The position numbers and the translations under genes were made by a program. Below, piece by piece: positions 8,503 to 18,164 of a stretch of 38,622 bases of DNA (positions are counted from its first letter, which is position 1; each line of letters opens with the position of its first letter). The stretch comes from Chloroflexota bacterium (GTDB lineage: Bacteria; Chloroflexota; Anaerolineae; 4572-78), in NCBI GenBank assembly GCA_011192195.1, contig DUEH01000004.1:1-38622 (forward strand), in the 5' to 3' direction. The notes below the pieces were generated by a model, which did no database searches, was not told where the DNA came from, and saw nothing but the letters and a program-made list of their open reading frames with translations.

Positions 8503-8560
8503 ATAAATAGTGAATAGTGAATAGTGAAAAATTATTCATTGTTCATTGTTCACTATTCAT
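8503..8560. repeat. Inverted array of 7-bp tandem repeats (TGAATAG / TTCATTG)
   Basis: aaatagtgaatagtgaatagtgaaaaattattcattgttcattgttcactattca; same family at 29444, 31862 and 37692. Confidence 0.8.
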
Positions 8561-8579
8561 TAAAACAAGGAGTTTGCTT

Positions 8580-10595
8580 ATGAAAAAAGTTGATACCATC
8601 CTTACCGACGGCATTGTCGTGACAATGGACGAGCAATTCAATCTGTATGAGCCGGGCGCAGTAGCCGTGCGCGGCGATGAAATTGTGGCCGTTGGCCCTG
8701 CCGCCAACATTGCGGCTAAATACAAAGCCGCGGAAACCATCGCTTGTGAAGGCAAGGTGATCATGCCTGGCTTGGTCAACACCCACTCACACGTGCCAAT
8801 GACCTTGCTGCGCGGCCTGGCCGATGACCTGCGGCTGGACGTGTGGCTGATGGGCTATATGATGCCGGTTGAACGCGAATTTGTTCAGCCTGATTTTTGC
8901 TGGCTGGGCACGCAGCTTGCCGCCGCAGAGATGATCCGTTCCGGCACAACCTGCTTTGCCGATATGTATTACTATGAGGAAACTGTCGCCGATGCCACAG
9001 CCGAAGCCGGTCTGCGCGCCGTCTGCGGACAGTCAATCCTAAAATTTCCTACCCCCGATGCCCTGAGCTACGAAGAAGGTCTGGCTCGCACCCGCGATTT
9101 TATCCAACGCTGGAAAGGTCACAAACTTATTGTGCCTGCCGTGGCCCCCCACGCGCCTTATACCACTACGCCGGAAATTTTACGCGCTGCCACAGACCTG
9201 GCGCTGGAGTTTGATATCCCCTTCCACATTCACGTTTCCGAAACCGCTTTTGAAGTAGAGGAAATGCGCGCCAACGAAGGTATGTCACCGGTGTACTGGC
9301 TTCAGGAGCAGGGCGTTTTTCGGGCTAAAACCATCGCCGCTCACTGCGTACACATTGATGAAGACGAAATGCGCATCCTCAAACAGCATAATGTTGGTAT
9401 AGCGCATAATCCATCCAGCAACCTCAAACTGGCCAGCGGCTTTGCGCCCATCGCTAAAATGCTGGAACTGGGACTAAATGTTGGCATTGGCACCGATGGC
9501 GTCGCCAGCAATAATGACCTGGATATGATCGAGGAACTTCGACTGGCTAATTTTATTGCCAAAGGCGTTACCCGCGACCCCACGGTTCTTCCGGCGCGTC
9601 AAACCCTGGCCTCCGCCACCATCGTTGGGGCGCGCGTCCTCTTTTTGGATGATCTGATTGGCTCGCTGGAAGTGGGCAAGCGAGCGGACATCATCACCCT
9701 TGATCTGAACACGCTTCACAACGCACCGCGTTTCTATCGCAACGAGCAGTCTATTTACTCGCAAATTGTTTACGCGGCCAAAGCTAACGATGTGGACGAC
9801 GTGATGGTTGATGGCGTCTGGCTGATGCGCGCTAAACAATTACTTACTCTGGATGAAGAATCGCTGAAAACCGACGCCGATAAGATGGCGCGGCGTATTG
9901 ACGCCTTTTTGGTAGAACGCGAAGAGAGCGTGCTGCGCAAACTGGCAACCATCGGCGGGCTGGCCTACAAAGAGACCTTTGAGGTGCAGGTTAAAGTTTA
10001 TATGTCTGATGCAGAAGCAAAGGTCATCGAGGAGGCCATCCACGGTTCTGACTTTGCCATTGGCAAATCCAGCCAGCGACGGCAGTACGACACCTACTTT
10101 ATCTTCAACGATAAATGGACCAGCCGTATCCGCTATCGAGAGGATGAAATTTTGGCGCGCGATTGTATGGGCCCAGTTCCCGAAGGTCAGATCAATGAAG
10201 TGACCTATCGTTTGACCCTGACCAACGAAAATAAAGAGCGTGAGTTCAGCGACTCCATCATCCTCTCCCGTTCCCGCTTTGACGCTTTGGCCAACCGCAG
10301 TTTGCGCTTTTACCACGAGTACTTCCAGCCGGACGCCGAGCGTGAAGTTCATAAAGAGCGTCGCCGTTACCACGTGCGCTACGGCGGAACCGGCTTTACC
10401 ATCAATTTTGACCGTATTTTGAAGCCAAAAACATCGCCGGGCGTTTTTATGGAAATTAAAAGCCGCACCTGGAGCGCTCAGGACGCAGAGCGCAAAGTGC
10501 AGCTTATTGCTCAACTGCTCAAACGCTTCAATATTGGTGAAGATGAACTGATCCGCGAGGAGTATATTAACCTGACAGTGAAGAATGAAGAATGA
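8580..10595 (+). CDS. mtaD: MTA/SAH deaminase-like amidohydrolase with C-terminal CYTH-like domain
   Basis: PGLVNTHSH, EMIRSGTTCFADMY, APHAPYT, HIHVSET, AHCVH, HNPSSNLKLASG, GTDGVASNN; C-terminal FEVQVK, QYDTYF, RIRYRE, HKERRRY, FMEIKS; AGGAG RBS before ATG 8580. Confidence 0.85.
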   Translation: MKKVDTILTDGIVVTMDEQFNLYEPGAVAVRGDEIVAVGPAANIAAKYKAAETIACEGKVIMPGLVNTHSHVPMTLLRGLADDLRLDVWLMGYMMPVEREFVQPDFCWLGTQLAAAEMIRSGTTCFADMYYYEETVADATAEAGLRAVCGQSILKFPTPDALSYEEGLARTRDFIQRWKGHKLIVPAVAPHAPYTTTPEILRAATDLALEFDIPFHIHVSETAFEVEEMRANEGMSPVYWLQEQGVFRAKTIAAHCVHIDEDEMRILKQHNVGIAHNPSSNLKLASGFAPIAKMLELGLNVGIGTDGVASNNDLDMIEELRLANFIAKGVTRDPTVLPARQTLASATIVGARVLFLDDLIGSLEVGKRADIITLDLNTLHNAPRFYRNEQSIYSQIVYAAKANDVDDVMVDGVWLMRAKQLLTLDEESLKTDADKMARRIDAFLVEREESVLRKLATIGGLAYKETFEVQVKVYMSDAEAKVIEEAIHGSDFAIGKSSQRRQYDTYFIFNDKWTSRIRYREDEILARDCMGPVPEGQINEVTYRLTLTNENKEREFSDSIILSRSRFDALANRSLRFYHEYFQPDAEREVHKERRRYHVRYGGTGFTINFDRILKPKTSPGVFMEIKSRTWSAQDAERKVQLIAQLLKRFNIGEDELIREEYINLTVKNEE

Positions 10596-10651
10596 AGAAT
10601 CACTGATTCCTTATTCACTATTCGCTGTTTATGAGAAAGGTTGAAATGAGA

Positions 10652-10706
10652 AAAAGAAAAAGCGCCGCAGGCAGGGGAGCTTGGGGTCCCCCCCATCTCT
10701 CCCCCT
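10652..10706 (+). repeat. Dispersed G/C-rich leader element, copy 1
   Basis: AAAAGAAAAAGCGCCGCAGGCAGGGG (26 nt) identical at 28091-28116. Confidence 0.75.
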
Positions 10707-10746
10707 TCTTCAACTCACTTTAAACACACCCGAAAGGAAACAACTG

Positions 10747-11574
10747 ATGAACGAAATAATGCAAAACATCATTGCCGCCCGTGACTACATTCAGGCGCGG
10801 GCGCAGACAAAACCGCAAATTGCCATCATTCTTGGCTCTGGCTTGGGCGGGTTGGCCGATGACGTAGCCGTAGAAGCCGCCTTTCCCTACGGCGATCTCC
10901 CTAACTTTCCCGTTTCTACAGTGGTGGGGCACGCCGGTCAATTGGCGTTGGGAACGCTGGCTGGAAAAAACGTGGTTGTTATGCAAGGCCGCTTTCATTA
11001 CTACGAAGGCTACCCGATGACTCAGGTGGTTTTCCCTGTGTGGGTGATGCAGGCGCTGGGCGCGGAAACCTTGATCGTCACCAACGCCGCCGGGGGTCTT
11101 GATCCTGTTTTTGATCCGGGTGATGTGATGCTCATTAGCGATCACATCAATATGATGGGCGATAATCCCCTGCGCGGCCCCAATCTCGATGACCTTGGCC
11201 CGCGTTTTCCCGATATGACCAACGCTTACGATCCGGCATTACGCGATTTGGTTCTTCGCGTAGCCGCAACGCAAAATATTCCTGTCCAACAAGGAACATA
11301 TACCGGCTGGGCCGGCCCCACGTTTGAAACCAAAGCCGAGCGTCGCTTTTTGCGGCTCATCGGCGGCGACGCAGTGGGGATGTCTACCGTGCCGGAAGTC
11401 ATTGCCGCTAATCACGCCGGAATGCGGGTAATGGGGATGTCCGCCATCACCAACAAAGCCACCGGCAGCGCCGACCAACAGCCCGATGACCACACTCACG
11501 TGCTGGCAATGGCTAAAGTTGCCGGTGAAAAACTGGTGCGTTTGCTGCGGAGTGTTATTCAGGAAATGACTTAA
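10747..11574 (+). CDS. punA: Purine nucleoside phosphorylase (trimeric PunA/XapA type)
   Basis: IILGSGLG, GHAG, QGRFHYYEG, TNAAGG, DHIN, GPTFET.AE, GMSTVPEV, ITN. Confidence 0.93.
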   Translation: MNEIMQNIIAARDYIQARAQTKPQIAIILGSGLGGLADDVAVEAAFPYGDLPNFPVSTVVGHAGQLALGTLAGKNVVVMQGRFHYYEGYPMTQVVFPVWVMQALGAETLIVTNAAGGLDPVFDPGDVMLISDHINMMGDNPLRGPNLDDLGPRFPDMTNAYDPALRDLVLRVAATQNIPVQQGTYTGWAGPTFETKAERRFLRLIGGDAVGMSTVPEVIAANHAGMRVMGMSAITNKATGSADQQPDDHTHVLAMAKVAGEKLVRLLRSVIQEMT

Positions 11575-11661
11575 CGATTTCAGATTTACGATTTACGATT
11601 TACGATTGGACTACGTATCCGCGCCTTTAATCGTAAATCCAAAATCGTAAATCGTAAATCA
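11574..11661. repeat. Inverted array of 7-bp tandem repeats (GATTTAC / GTAAATC)
   Basis: cgatttcagatttacgatttacgatttacgatt...aatcgtaaatccaaaatcgtaaatcgtaaatc. Confidence 0.85.
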
Positions 11662-11667
11662 AGGGAG

Positions 11668-12372
11668 ATGATAATGACTAACTTAACTACCCTTATCAAA
11701 GACGATCCGGCCAAAATTGCCGCATTAATTGACCATACCTTGTTAAAGCCCATCGCTACCCAAGCGCAAATTGAGGCGCTTTGTCAGGAGGCAATGAAAT
11801 ATGGCTTTGCTTCTGTTTGTATCAACCCCTCGCGCGTAAAACTGGCCGCGCAACAGTTGCGCCGGTCCGCTGTTAAAACGTGTACGGTCATTGGCTTTCC
11901 ACTGGGAGCCACCACTACTGCCTCAAAAGTCTTTGAAACCAAAGAGGCCGTTGAATTGGGCGCGGAAGAAGTGGATATGGTCATCAACATTGGCGCGTTG
12001 AAAGCGGGAAATGACGCGCTGGTGGAACAGGACATCGCTGCTGTGGTGAAGGCGGCGCATCAGGGCGGCGCTCACTGCAAAGTGATCATCGAAACCTGTT
12101 TTTTGAGCGACGAGGAAAAAGTGCGCGCCTGTAAATTGGCGCAAAAAGCGGGGGCGGATTTTGTAAAAACCTCAACCGGCTTTGGGGGCGGGGGAGCCAC
12201 CGTAGAGGATGTAGCCTTGATGCGTCAGACCGTTGGCCCGGAGATGGGCGTCAAAGCCTCCGGCGGCGTCAGCAACTTCGCCGACGCCAAAGCAATGGTT
12301 GCCGCCGGCGCTACTCGATTGGGCGTGAGCGCGGGTATAAAAATTGTGCAAGAGGCGCTGGAGCAAATTTAA
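11668..12372 (+). CDS. deoC: Deoxyribose-phosphate aldolase
   Basis: [48 protein letters not shown]. Confidence 0.97.
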   Translation: MIMTNLTTLIKDDPAKIAALIDHTLLKPIATQAQIEALCQEAMKYGFASVCINPSRVKLAAQQLRRSAVKTCTVIGFPLGATTTASKVFETKEAVELGAEEVDMVINIGALKAGNDALVEQDIAAVVKAAHQGGAHCKVIIETCFLSDEEKVRACKLAQKAGADFVKTSTGFGGGGATVEDVALMRQTVGPEMGVKASGGVSNFADAKAMVAAGATRLGVSAGIKIVQEALEQI

Positions 12373-12395
12373 ATAATTATCAGGAGAAAAAAATT

Positions 12396-13391
12396 ATGTC
12401 AACCCCAATTCGCGTTATTCAATACGGACTTGGCCCTATCGGCAGCGCAGTAGCTCGCCACATCACCGAACGCTCCAGCCTGAAACTGGTCGGTGGCGTA
12501 GATATTGACCCGGCAAAAACAGGTCGGGATATGGACGAAGTTGTCGGCTTAGAGCAGCCGCTTGGCTTCAAGGTTGCCAAAACTCTGGCCGAGGCTTTGG
12601 CTAACGCAGAAGCCGACGTGGTCCTTCACACCACCAGCTCCTGCTTTGACCTTTTTGAGAGCCAAATTACTGAAATTCTGAACGCCGGGCTGGACGTAGT
12701 TTCTACCGCCGAAGAACTCTCTTTTCCCTGGCTGGCGCACCCAAAAGAAGCCGCTCGTATTGATGAAGCCGCCAAAAAAGCGGGCAAAACCGCTCTGGGG
12801 ACAGGCGTAAACCCCGGCTTTCTGATGGATTCCCTGCCGCTCAACCTGACCGCTATCTGCCAGCGCGTAGACCGCATCGACGTGACGCGCAGTCAAAACG
12901 CCTCGGTTAGGCGCGGCCCTTTTCAAGCTAAAATTGGCTCCGGGATGACCGTGGAACAGTTCGAAAATAAAGTGGACACCGGCAGAATGGGACACGTGGG
13001 ACTGCCGGAATCAATGGGGATGGTCTTTCACACGCTGGGCAGAAAACTGGCGCGTTACGAAGACAGTATCGAGCCGGTAGTAGCCGATTCCCTCATCCAG
13101 ACCGATTTCTTCACCGTGCAACCGGGTCAGGTTCGCGGCCTTAAGCAAGTGGCGCGCGGCTTCACCGACGCAGGCGAATTTATGACCCTCACCTTCATCG
13201 CCGCATTGGAAGAGCCGCTGGATCAAGATACCGTCAAGATTAGCGGCAAGCCTGATCTGGAAGTCATCCTCAAAGGCACCAACGGCGACATCGCCACCGT
13301 AGCTATGGCTGTCAATGCCATCAAGCGGGTAAAAGAAGCCTCGCCGGGGCTGGTCACAATGCCTGATCTGCCTATTGTCACGTTTGGGTAA
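12396..13391 (+). CDS. NAD(P)H-dependent amine dehydrogenase / 2,4-diaminopentanoate dehydrogenase-like (DapB-like N-terminus)
   Basis: YGLGPIG Rossmann motif, VVSTAEEL, GTGVNPGFLMD.LP, GHVGLPES, GDIAT.AM.VN.I. Confidence 0.75.
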   Translation: MSTPIRVIQYGLGPIGSAVARHITERSSLKLVGGVDIDPAKTGRDMDEVVGLEQPLGFKVAKTLAEALANAEADVVLHTTSSCFDLFESQITEILNAGLDVVSTAEELSFPWLAHPKEAARIDEAAKKAGKTALGTGVNPGFLMDSLPLNLTAICQRVDRIDVTRSQNASVRRGPFQAKIGSGMTVEQFENKVDTGRMGHVGLPESMGMVFHTLGRKLARYEDSIEPVVADSLIQTDFFTVQPGQVRGLKQVARGFTDAGEFMTLTFIAALEEPLDQDTVKISGKPDLEVILKGTNGDIATVAMAVNAIKRVKEASPGLVTMPDLPIVTFG

Positions 13392-13406
13392 AATAAAGAG
13401 AGGTAA

Positions 13407-13479
13407 GAGTTTCAGAGCAGAATTTTCGGAATGATAGAATTTTGATTCTATCATTCCAAAAATTCTGCTCTGAAACTCA
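13407..13479. repeat. Dispersed palindromic element, copy 2
   Basis: gagtttcagagcagaattttcggaatgatagaat...attctatcattccaaaaattctgctctgaaactc. Confidence 0.8.
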
Positions 13480-13500
13480 CAAAACATCAGGAAGGCTTAT

Positions 13501-14145
13501 ATGACCAAACACCTTGTCCTTGTCGCCGGCAACATTGGAACCGGCAAATCATCTCTCACCGAGCGCCTGGGCAGTCGTCTGGGCTGGCAGACCAGCTTTG
13601 AGTCGGTCAGCGACAACCCCTACCTGAGCGACTTCTACGCCAATATGCGGCAGTGGTCTTTCCATTTGCAAGTCTTCTTTCTGGGCCATCGCGCCGAGCA
13701 GCATTGGGAACTGGCTCGCAGCCCGCAATCGGCCATCGCCGACCGCAGTATCTACGAAGACGCCCACATCTTCGCCCGCGTCCTGCACCATCTGGGCAAT
13801 CTCAGCGCGCGCGATCTCAAATCGTATCGCCGCACTTTCGATCTGGTGGTAAACAGCCTCCCCCGCCCCGACCTGCTGCTTTACCTGAAAGCGCCCGTTC
13901 CCGCGCTGCTGGAACGCATCCACCGTCGGGGTCGGGAAATGGAGAGCGGCATTACCGCCGAATACTTATCGCTGCTGGAGACTTTTTATAAGGAGTGGAT
14001 GGACACCTTTGACCTCTGTCCGGTTCTCACCATCCCCACTGAAAACCTTGATTTCGTGAATAAAACCAGTCATCTGGACATTGTTATTGATCATATCCAG
14101 AATAAATTGGCCGGGAAAGAGGACGTGGTTTTTCCAAACAGCTAA
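13501..14145 (+). CDS. Deoxynucleoside kinase (dAK/dGK family)
   Basis: AGNIGTGKSSL, NPYLSDFY, DRSIYED, PDLLLYL, RIHRRGREME. Confidence 0.93.
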   Translation: MTKHLVLVAGNIGTGKSSLTERLGSRLGWQTSFESVSDNPYLSDFYANMRQWSFHLQVFFLGHRAEQHWELARSPQSAIADRSIYEDAHIFARVLHHLGNLSARDLKSYRRTFDLVVNSLPRPDLLLYLKAPVPALLERIHRRGREMESGITAEYLSLLETFYKEWMDTFDLCPVLTIPTENLDFVNKTSHLDIVIDHIQNKLAGKEDVVFPNS

Positions 14146-14158
14146 CAGGAGGAACATA

Positions 14159-15349
14159 ATGCCGGAAGCATATATCATTTCAAGCGTCCGAACCCCCATC
14201 GGGCGTTTTGGCGGCGGGCTGAAAGACCTCTCTCCCGTTGACCTGGGCGCGCGCGCTATGAAAGCCGCTCTGGAACGAGCCGGTATTTCGGGCGAAAATC
14301 TGGACTTATACATTTTTGGTAATGTACTGCGCGCCGGGCACGGTCAGCTCCTCCCGCGACAGGCGGCCATCAAAGCGGGCATCCCCGTGGAAGTGGACGG
14401 TTACGCGGTGGATATGGTCTGCTCATCCGGGATGATGGCCCTGTTGAACGCCGCCAACACCATCAAAGTTGGCGACGCCGATCTGATTTTGGCGGGCGGA
14501 ATGGAATCAATGTCTCAGGCGGGCTTCTTCCTTTCCCATCGAGCGCGCTGGGGGTATAAATTTATGATGGGCGCGCCGGAAAATCTGAAAGACATCCTCC
14601 TCTACGACGGCCTGACCGACCCCGTTACCGGCGAAGCAATGGGGCTGGAAGTCGAACGTTTGGCCGTCGAATACGGTATCACTCGCGCAGAGTTAGACGA
14701 AGTGGCCTGCCTTTCGCAGAGCCGCGCCGCCGAAGCCACCGCAAAAGGCTTCTCCGCCAAAGAAATCGCGCCCATCGAAATCAAAACGCGCAAAGGGCCA
14801 AAAATCATTGAGGCCGACGAAGGCATCCGGGCCGACACCACTGTGGAATCGCTGTCCGGCCTGCGACCCGCCTTCAAAAAAGACGGCGTACTGACCGCCG
14901 CCAACTCCAGCCAGATCAGCGATGGCGCCGCCGCGCTCCTGGTCGCCAGCCGGGAGGCGGTTGACAAGTTTGGTCTCAAGCCTCTGGCGCGAATTGTGGG
15001 CGGAAGCTGGGCCGCCGGCGAAACCTGGCGTTTCCCCGAAGCCCCCATTCCGGCAGTGAAAAAGCTGCTGACCAAGCTGAATATGCAAATCGACAATTTT
15101 GACCTCTACGAGAACAACGAAGCCTTTGCCGTCAACAGCCTTCTCTACAATCGAATGTTAGGCGTGCCGATGGAGAAGCTCAACGTCTACGGCGGGTCCA
15201 TCGCCATCGGGCATCCCATCGGCGTATCGGGCGCGCGTATCATCGTCACCTTGCTTAATGCGCTGGCAGAGCAGGACAAAGAGTGGGGATTGGCCGCCAT
15301 CTGCCACGGTGTTGGCGGCGGCACGGCTATGGCTATCGAACGATTGTAG
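14159..15349 (+). CDS. Acetyl-CoA C-acetyltransferase (classical thiolase)
   Basis: RTPIGRFGG, MVCSSGM, GGMESMS, SQISDGAAA, NEAFA, GHPIGVSGAR, ICHGVGG; AGGAGG RBS before ATG 14159. Confidence 0.93.
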   Translation: MPEAYIISSVRTPIGRFGGGLKDLSPVDLGARAMKAALERAGISGENLDLYIFGNVLRAGHGQLLPRQAAIKAGIPVEVDGYAVDMVCSSGMMALLNAANTIKVGDADLILAGGMESMSQAGFFLSHRARWGYKFMMGAPENLKDILLYDGLTDPVTGEAMGLEVERLAVEYGITRAELDEVACLSQSRAAEATAKGFSAKEIAPIEIKTRKGPKIIEADEGIRADTTVESLSGLRPAFKKDGVLTAANSSQISDGAAALLVASREAVDKFGLKPLARIVGGSWAAGETWRFPEAPIPAVKKLLTKLNMQIDNFDLYENNEAFAVNSLLYNRMLGVPMEKLNVYGGSIAIGHPIGVSGARIIVTLLNALAEQDKEWGLAAICHGVGGGTAMAIERL

Positions 15350-15452
15350 TGAAACAAAGCGTGGCGCGTGGTGCGTAAACAGCAGACCACGCACCACGAA
15401 TTGATACAGCTTTCCATTTCAGGTATACTTTCTGATGAAAGGAGAGTTTGCT

Positions 15453-16250
15453 ATGCCTCAATCGCCATTTCCCGGAATGGACCCGTATCTGGAAGCGCCT
15501 GATATGTGGCCGGATGTTCACGAACGATTGATAACTATCTTCGCTGAACAATTAGCCCCCAATCTGGCCCCCAGTTACGTGGCCGAATTGAACACCCAAA
15601 TTGTCATTGACCGCGTCTTCGATGGGCCATCTGAAGAAAAAATTATGCTGCCCGACGTAACCGTCGCTCAAGCGCCAGAAAATTTCGGCGGGGTTGCGGT
15701 GGCCGCGCCCCCTATTGCCCCCGCCCCGCTGCGCCTGTTCGCGCCGATGAACGTTCCCACCCGTCTGGTTTGCGCCTACATCCGGCTGCGCGAAACAAAT
15801 CGCCTGGTTACGGTGATCAAACTCTTGTCCCCGGTCAACAAACGACCCGGCGGCAGCGGCCGACGCGAATACCTGGAAAAGCGTAACGCCTACTTCGACG
15901 CTCCGGCTCACCTGGTTGAAATCGATCTGCTCCGCCAATGGCCTCGTATGCCCCTGGAAGGGGTCCTCCCCAAATCAGACTATCTGGCCATTGTCTGCAA
16001 AATGCATGAACGCCGCGCTTGCGATGTCTGGCCCATCAGCGTACAACACCCCTTGCCCGTCCTGCCCATCCCCCTGCTGGACCCTGACCCGCCGGTTCCC
16101 CTGGATATGGGGCAAGCCCTGCGTACCGCCTACCAACGCGCTCGCTACGATCTGCGAATTGACTACAGCAAACCGCCAACGCCGCTTCTCGCCCCTGAAG
16201 ACAGAGCGTGGGCAGAGGGTTTGGTTGCTCAAAACATATCTTCTCAATAA
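15453..16250 (+). CDS. DUF4058 family protein (PD-(D/E)XK-like fold)
   Basis: MPQSPFPGMDPYLE, PDV, LSPVNK, YLEKR, HLVEIDLLR, LPVLPIPL, IDY. Confidence 0.8.
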   Translation: MPQSPFPGMDPYLEAPDMWPDVHERLITIFAEQLAPNLAPSYVAELNTQIVIDRVFDGPSEEKIMLPDVTVAQAPENFGGVAVAAPPIAPAPLRLFAPMNVPTRLVCAYIRLRETNRLVTVIKLLSPVNKRPGGSGRREYLEKRNAYFDAPAHLVEIDLLRQWPRMPLEGVLPKSDYLAIVCKMHERRACDVWPISVQHPLPVLPIPLLDPDPPVPLDMGQALRTAYQRARYDLRIDYSKPPTPLLAPEDRAWAEGLVAQNISSQ

Positions 16251-16306
16251 TCTGAGATGTACCTGACGGCGGGTTAATAACCCGTTCTACGTAGGACAAG
16301 CAAGCT

Positions 16307-17692
16307 ATGCCCAATGACAAAACCGCCAACGTAGTCATCTGCGGAGCGGGCATCGCCGGGATTGCGACGGCTTATCACCTCAGCGTCGAGCGCGGGGTCA
16401 AAAATGTGACCCTGATTGACGAACGCCCACCCCTCAGCCTGACCAGCGACAAATCCACCGAAGCCTATCGCAACTGGTGGCCCGGCCCCGGTAACGCGAT
16501 GGTGAGCCTGATGAATCGCAGCATTGATCTGCTGGAAGACATGGCCCGCCAAAGCGACAATCGCATCCTGCTCAACCGGCGAGGCTACCTCTACGCTACC
16601 GGCAACCCCCAACGCGCCGAAATCTACAAACAGGCGGCGGCGGAGATTTCACGCTTGGGCGCGGGGCAGGTTCGTTTTCACACCGGATCAAGCGATGATC
16701 CGTCCTACATTCCCGCCGCCCCCCACGATTTTGAAGACCAGCCCAACGGCGCGGACGTTTTTTTGGATCAAGAGTTGATTCGACAACGCTTCCCCTACCT
16801 TAGCGAACGGACCGTTGCCGTGCTGCACGCCCGGCGCTGCGGCTGGTTCAGCGGTCAGCAGTTGGGGATGATGATGCTGGAAGAAGCCCGCGCTCAGGGA
16901 GTACAATTCATCAGCGGGCGCGTGGAAGACGTGGATGCGCGCAATAATTGCGTGCAGGGCGTTCGGGTTCGTACTGAACAGGGCGCAGAGCGCATTGCCG
17001 CCGATATTTTTATCAACGCTGCCGGGCCGCTGGTGAATGAAGTGGGCGCAATGCTGGGCCTGGAACTGCCTGTTTTCAACGAACTGCACCTCAAATTGAA
17101 CTTCAGCGACCACCTGAAGGTAATACCTCGTGACGCGCCAATGGTTATCTGGGAAGACGCGCAAAAACTCAACTGGTCAATGGAAGAGGTTGATTTTTTA
17201 GTCGAAGACCCGGAAATGCGCTGGCTGTTGGGTAAATTCCCGTCTGGAATTCATCTGCGCCCGGAAGGACACGGCGAAAGCCAGGCTGTGTTAATGCTGT
17301 GGGATTATCACAAAGAGCCGGTTCCGCCCATCATCCCGCCTCCCGATGATCCCGATTACCCGGAGGTTGTGCTGCGCGGGTTGACAACAGTCGTCCCCGC
17401 GCTGCAAGCTTACCTCAATCGGATGCCCAAACCGATGATTGACGGCGGCTACTATACCAAAACCAAAGAGAACCGCCCCTTGATTGGCCCGCTGCCGGTT
17501 GACGGCGCCTACATCATCAGCGCGCTGTCCGGCTACGGGTTGATGGCCGCCCCCGCTGCCGGCGAACTGCTGGCGTCTCACATCGCCGGCGACGCTCTGC
17601 CTGACTACGCTCCTGCCTTTCTCCTGTCTCGCTATGAAGACCCGGCGTACCAGCAGATGTTGGAGAATTGGGGAGATGTGGGTCAGCTATAA
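16307..17692 (+). CDS. FAD-dependent oxidoreductase (DAO / sarcosine oxidase beta-like)
   Basis: VVICGAGIAG, INAAGP, GGYYTKTKENRPLIGP, SGYGLMAAPAAGELLA. Confidence 0.85.
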   Translation: MPNDKTANVVICGAGIAGIATAYHLSVERGVKNVTLIDERPPLSLTSDKSTEAYRNWWPGPGNAMVSLMNRSIDLLEDMARQSDNRILLNRRGYLYATGNPQRAEIYKQAAAEISRLGAGQVRFHTGSSDDPSYIPAAPHDFEDQPNGADVFLDQELIRQRFPYLSERTVAVLHARRCGWFSGQQLGMMMLEEARAQGVQFISGRVEDVDARNNCVQGVRVRTEQGAERIAADIFINAAGPLVNEVGAMLGLELPVFNELHLKLNFSDHLKVIPRDAPMVIWEDAQKLNWSMEEVDFLVEDPEMRWLLGKFPSGIHLRPEGHGESQAVLMLWDYHKEPVPPIIPPPDDPDYPEVVLRGLTTVVPALQAYLNRMPKPMIDGGYYTKTKENRPLIGPLPVDGAYIISALSGYGLMAAPAAGELLASHIAGDALPDYAPAFLLSRYEDPAYQQMLENWGDVGQL

Positions 17693-17750
17693 TCACACCA
17701 CCACCTGCGAATTTTTGCAATTCAAGTCAATTACCTGTAAACTACGCTAC

Positions 17751-17762
17751 TTGTTATAACAA
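17751..17762. promoter_or_regulatory. Palindromic operator candidate TTGTTATAACAA overlapping a TGnTATAAC -10-like element
   Basis: Perfect 12-bp palindrome ~110 nt upstream of the ABM-UROD-ABC operon; TNGT-N4-ACNA shape resembles GntR-family sites. Confidence 0.35.
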
Positions 17763-17870
17763 TTGTTGTTGATAACCATTGTCAAAGGAGTTTTCATTAG
17801 CGAATGAAAATTGGTTTTATTCGCCATTCGCACATTCGCCTATTCGCCTATTCTCAAGGGAGACAAATTT

Positions 17871-18164
17871 ATGATTTTACGTTTGACCTTTGCCCAGGCA
17901 GACCCCAAAAAGGTAGAAGAAGTGCGCGCGCTCTACAATAGCCGGGAGTTGAATGATTTTTTCAACTCGCAGAAGGGGCATCGCTTTCATTACTTGCTTG
18001 AATCCCCTGCCGAAGAGAGCGATATTATTTTTCTGACTGCCTGGGATACTCAGGAAGCAATGGACGCCGCTTACGCCAGCGAAGCGCACCGGAAAGTTGG
18101 CGGAAAATTCAAGCCCTTTCTGTTGGCGCCGTCTAAAAAGAAGATTTATGAGGTTTATGAATAA
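17871..18164 (+). CDS. Antibiotic biosynthesis monooxygenase (ABM) family protein
   Basis: 97 aa; QKGHRFHYLL, TAWDTQEAM, SEAH, IYEV; GGAG RBS. Confidence 0.75.
   Translation: MILRLTFAQADPKKVEEVRALYNSRELNDFFNSQKGHRFHYLLESPAEESDIIFLTAWDTQEAMDAAYASEAHRKVGGKFKPFLLAPSKKKIYEVYE

Noticed and set aside
8517-8579. N-terminal extensions in the ORF track (8517, 10681, 14081, 17811, 29467, 38262)
   Set aside because: They translate intergenic repeats or promoters; downstream ATGs have clear RBSs and match family starts.
12396-13391. Naming the gene dapB
   Set aside because: It lacks the EXHH...KXDAPSGTA motif and is too long; it fits the amine dehydrogenase family.
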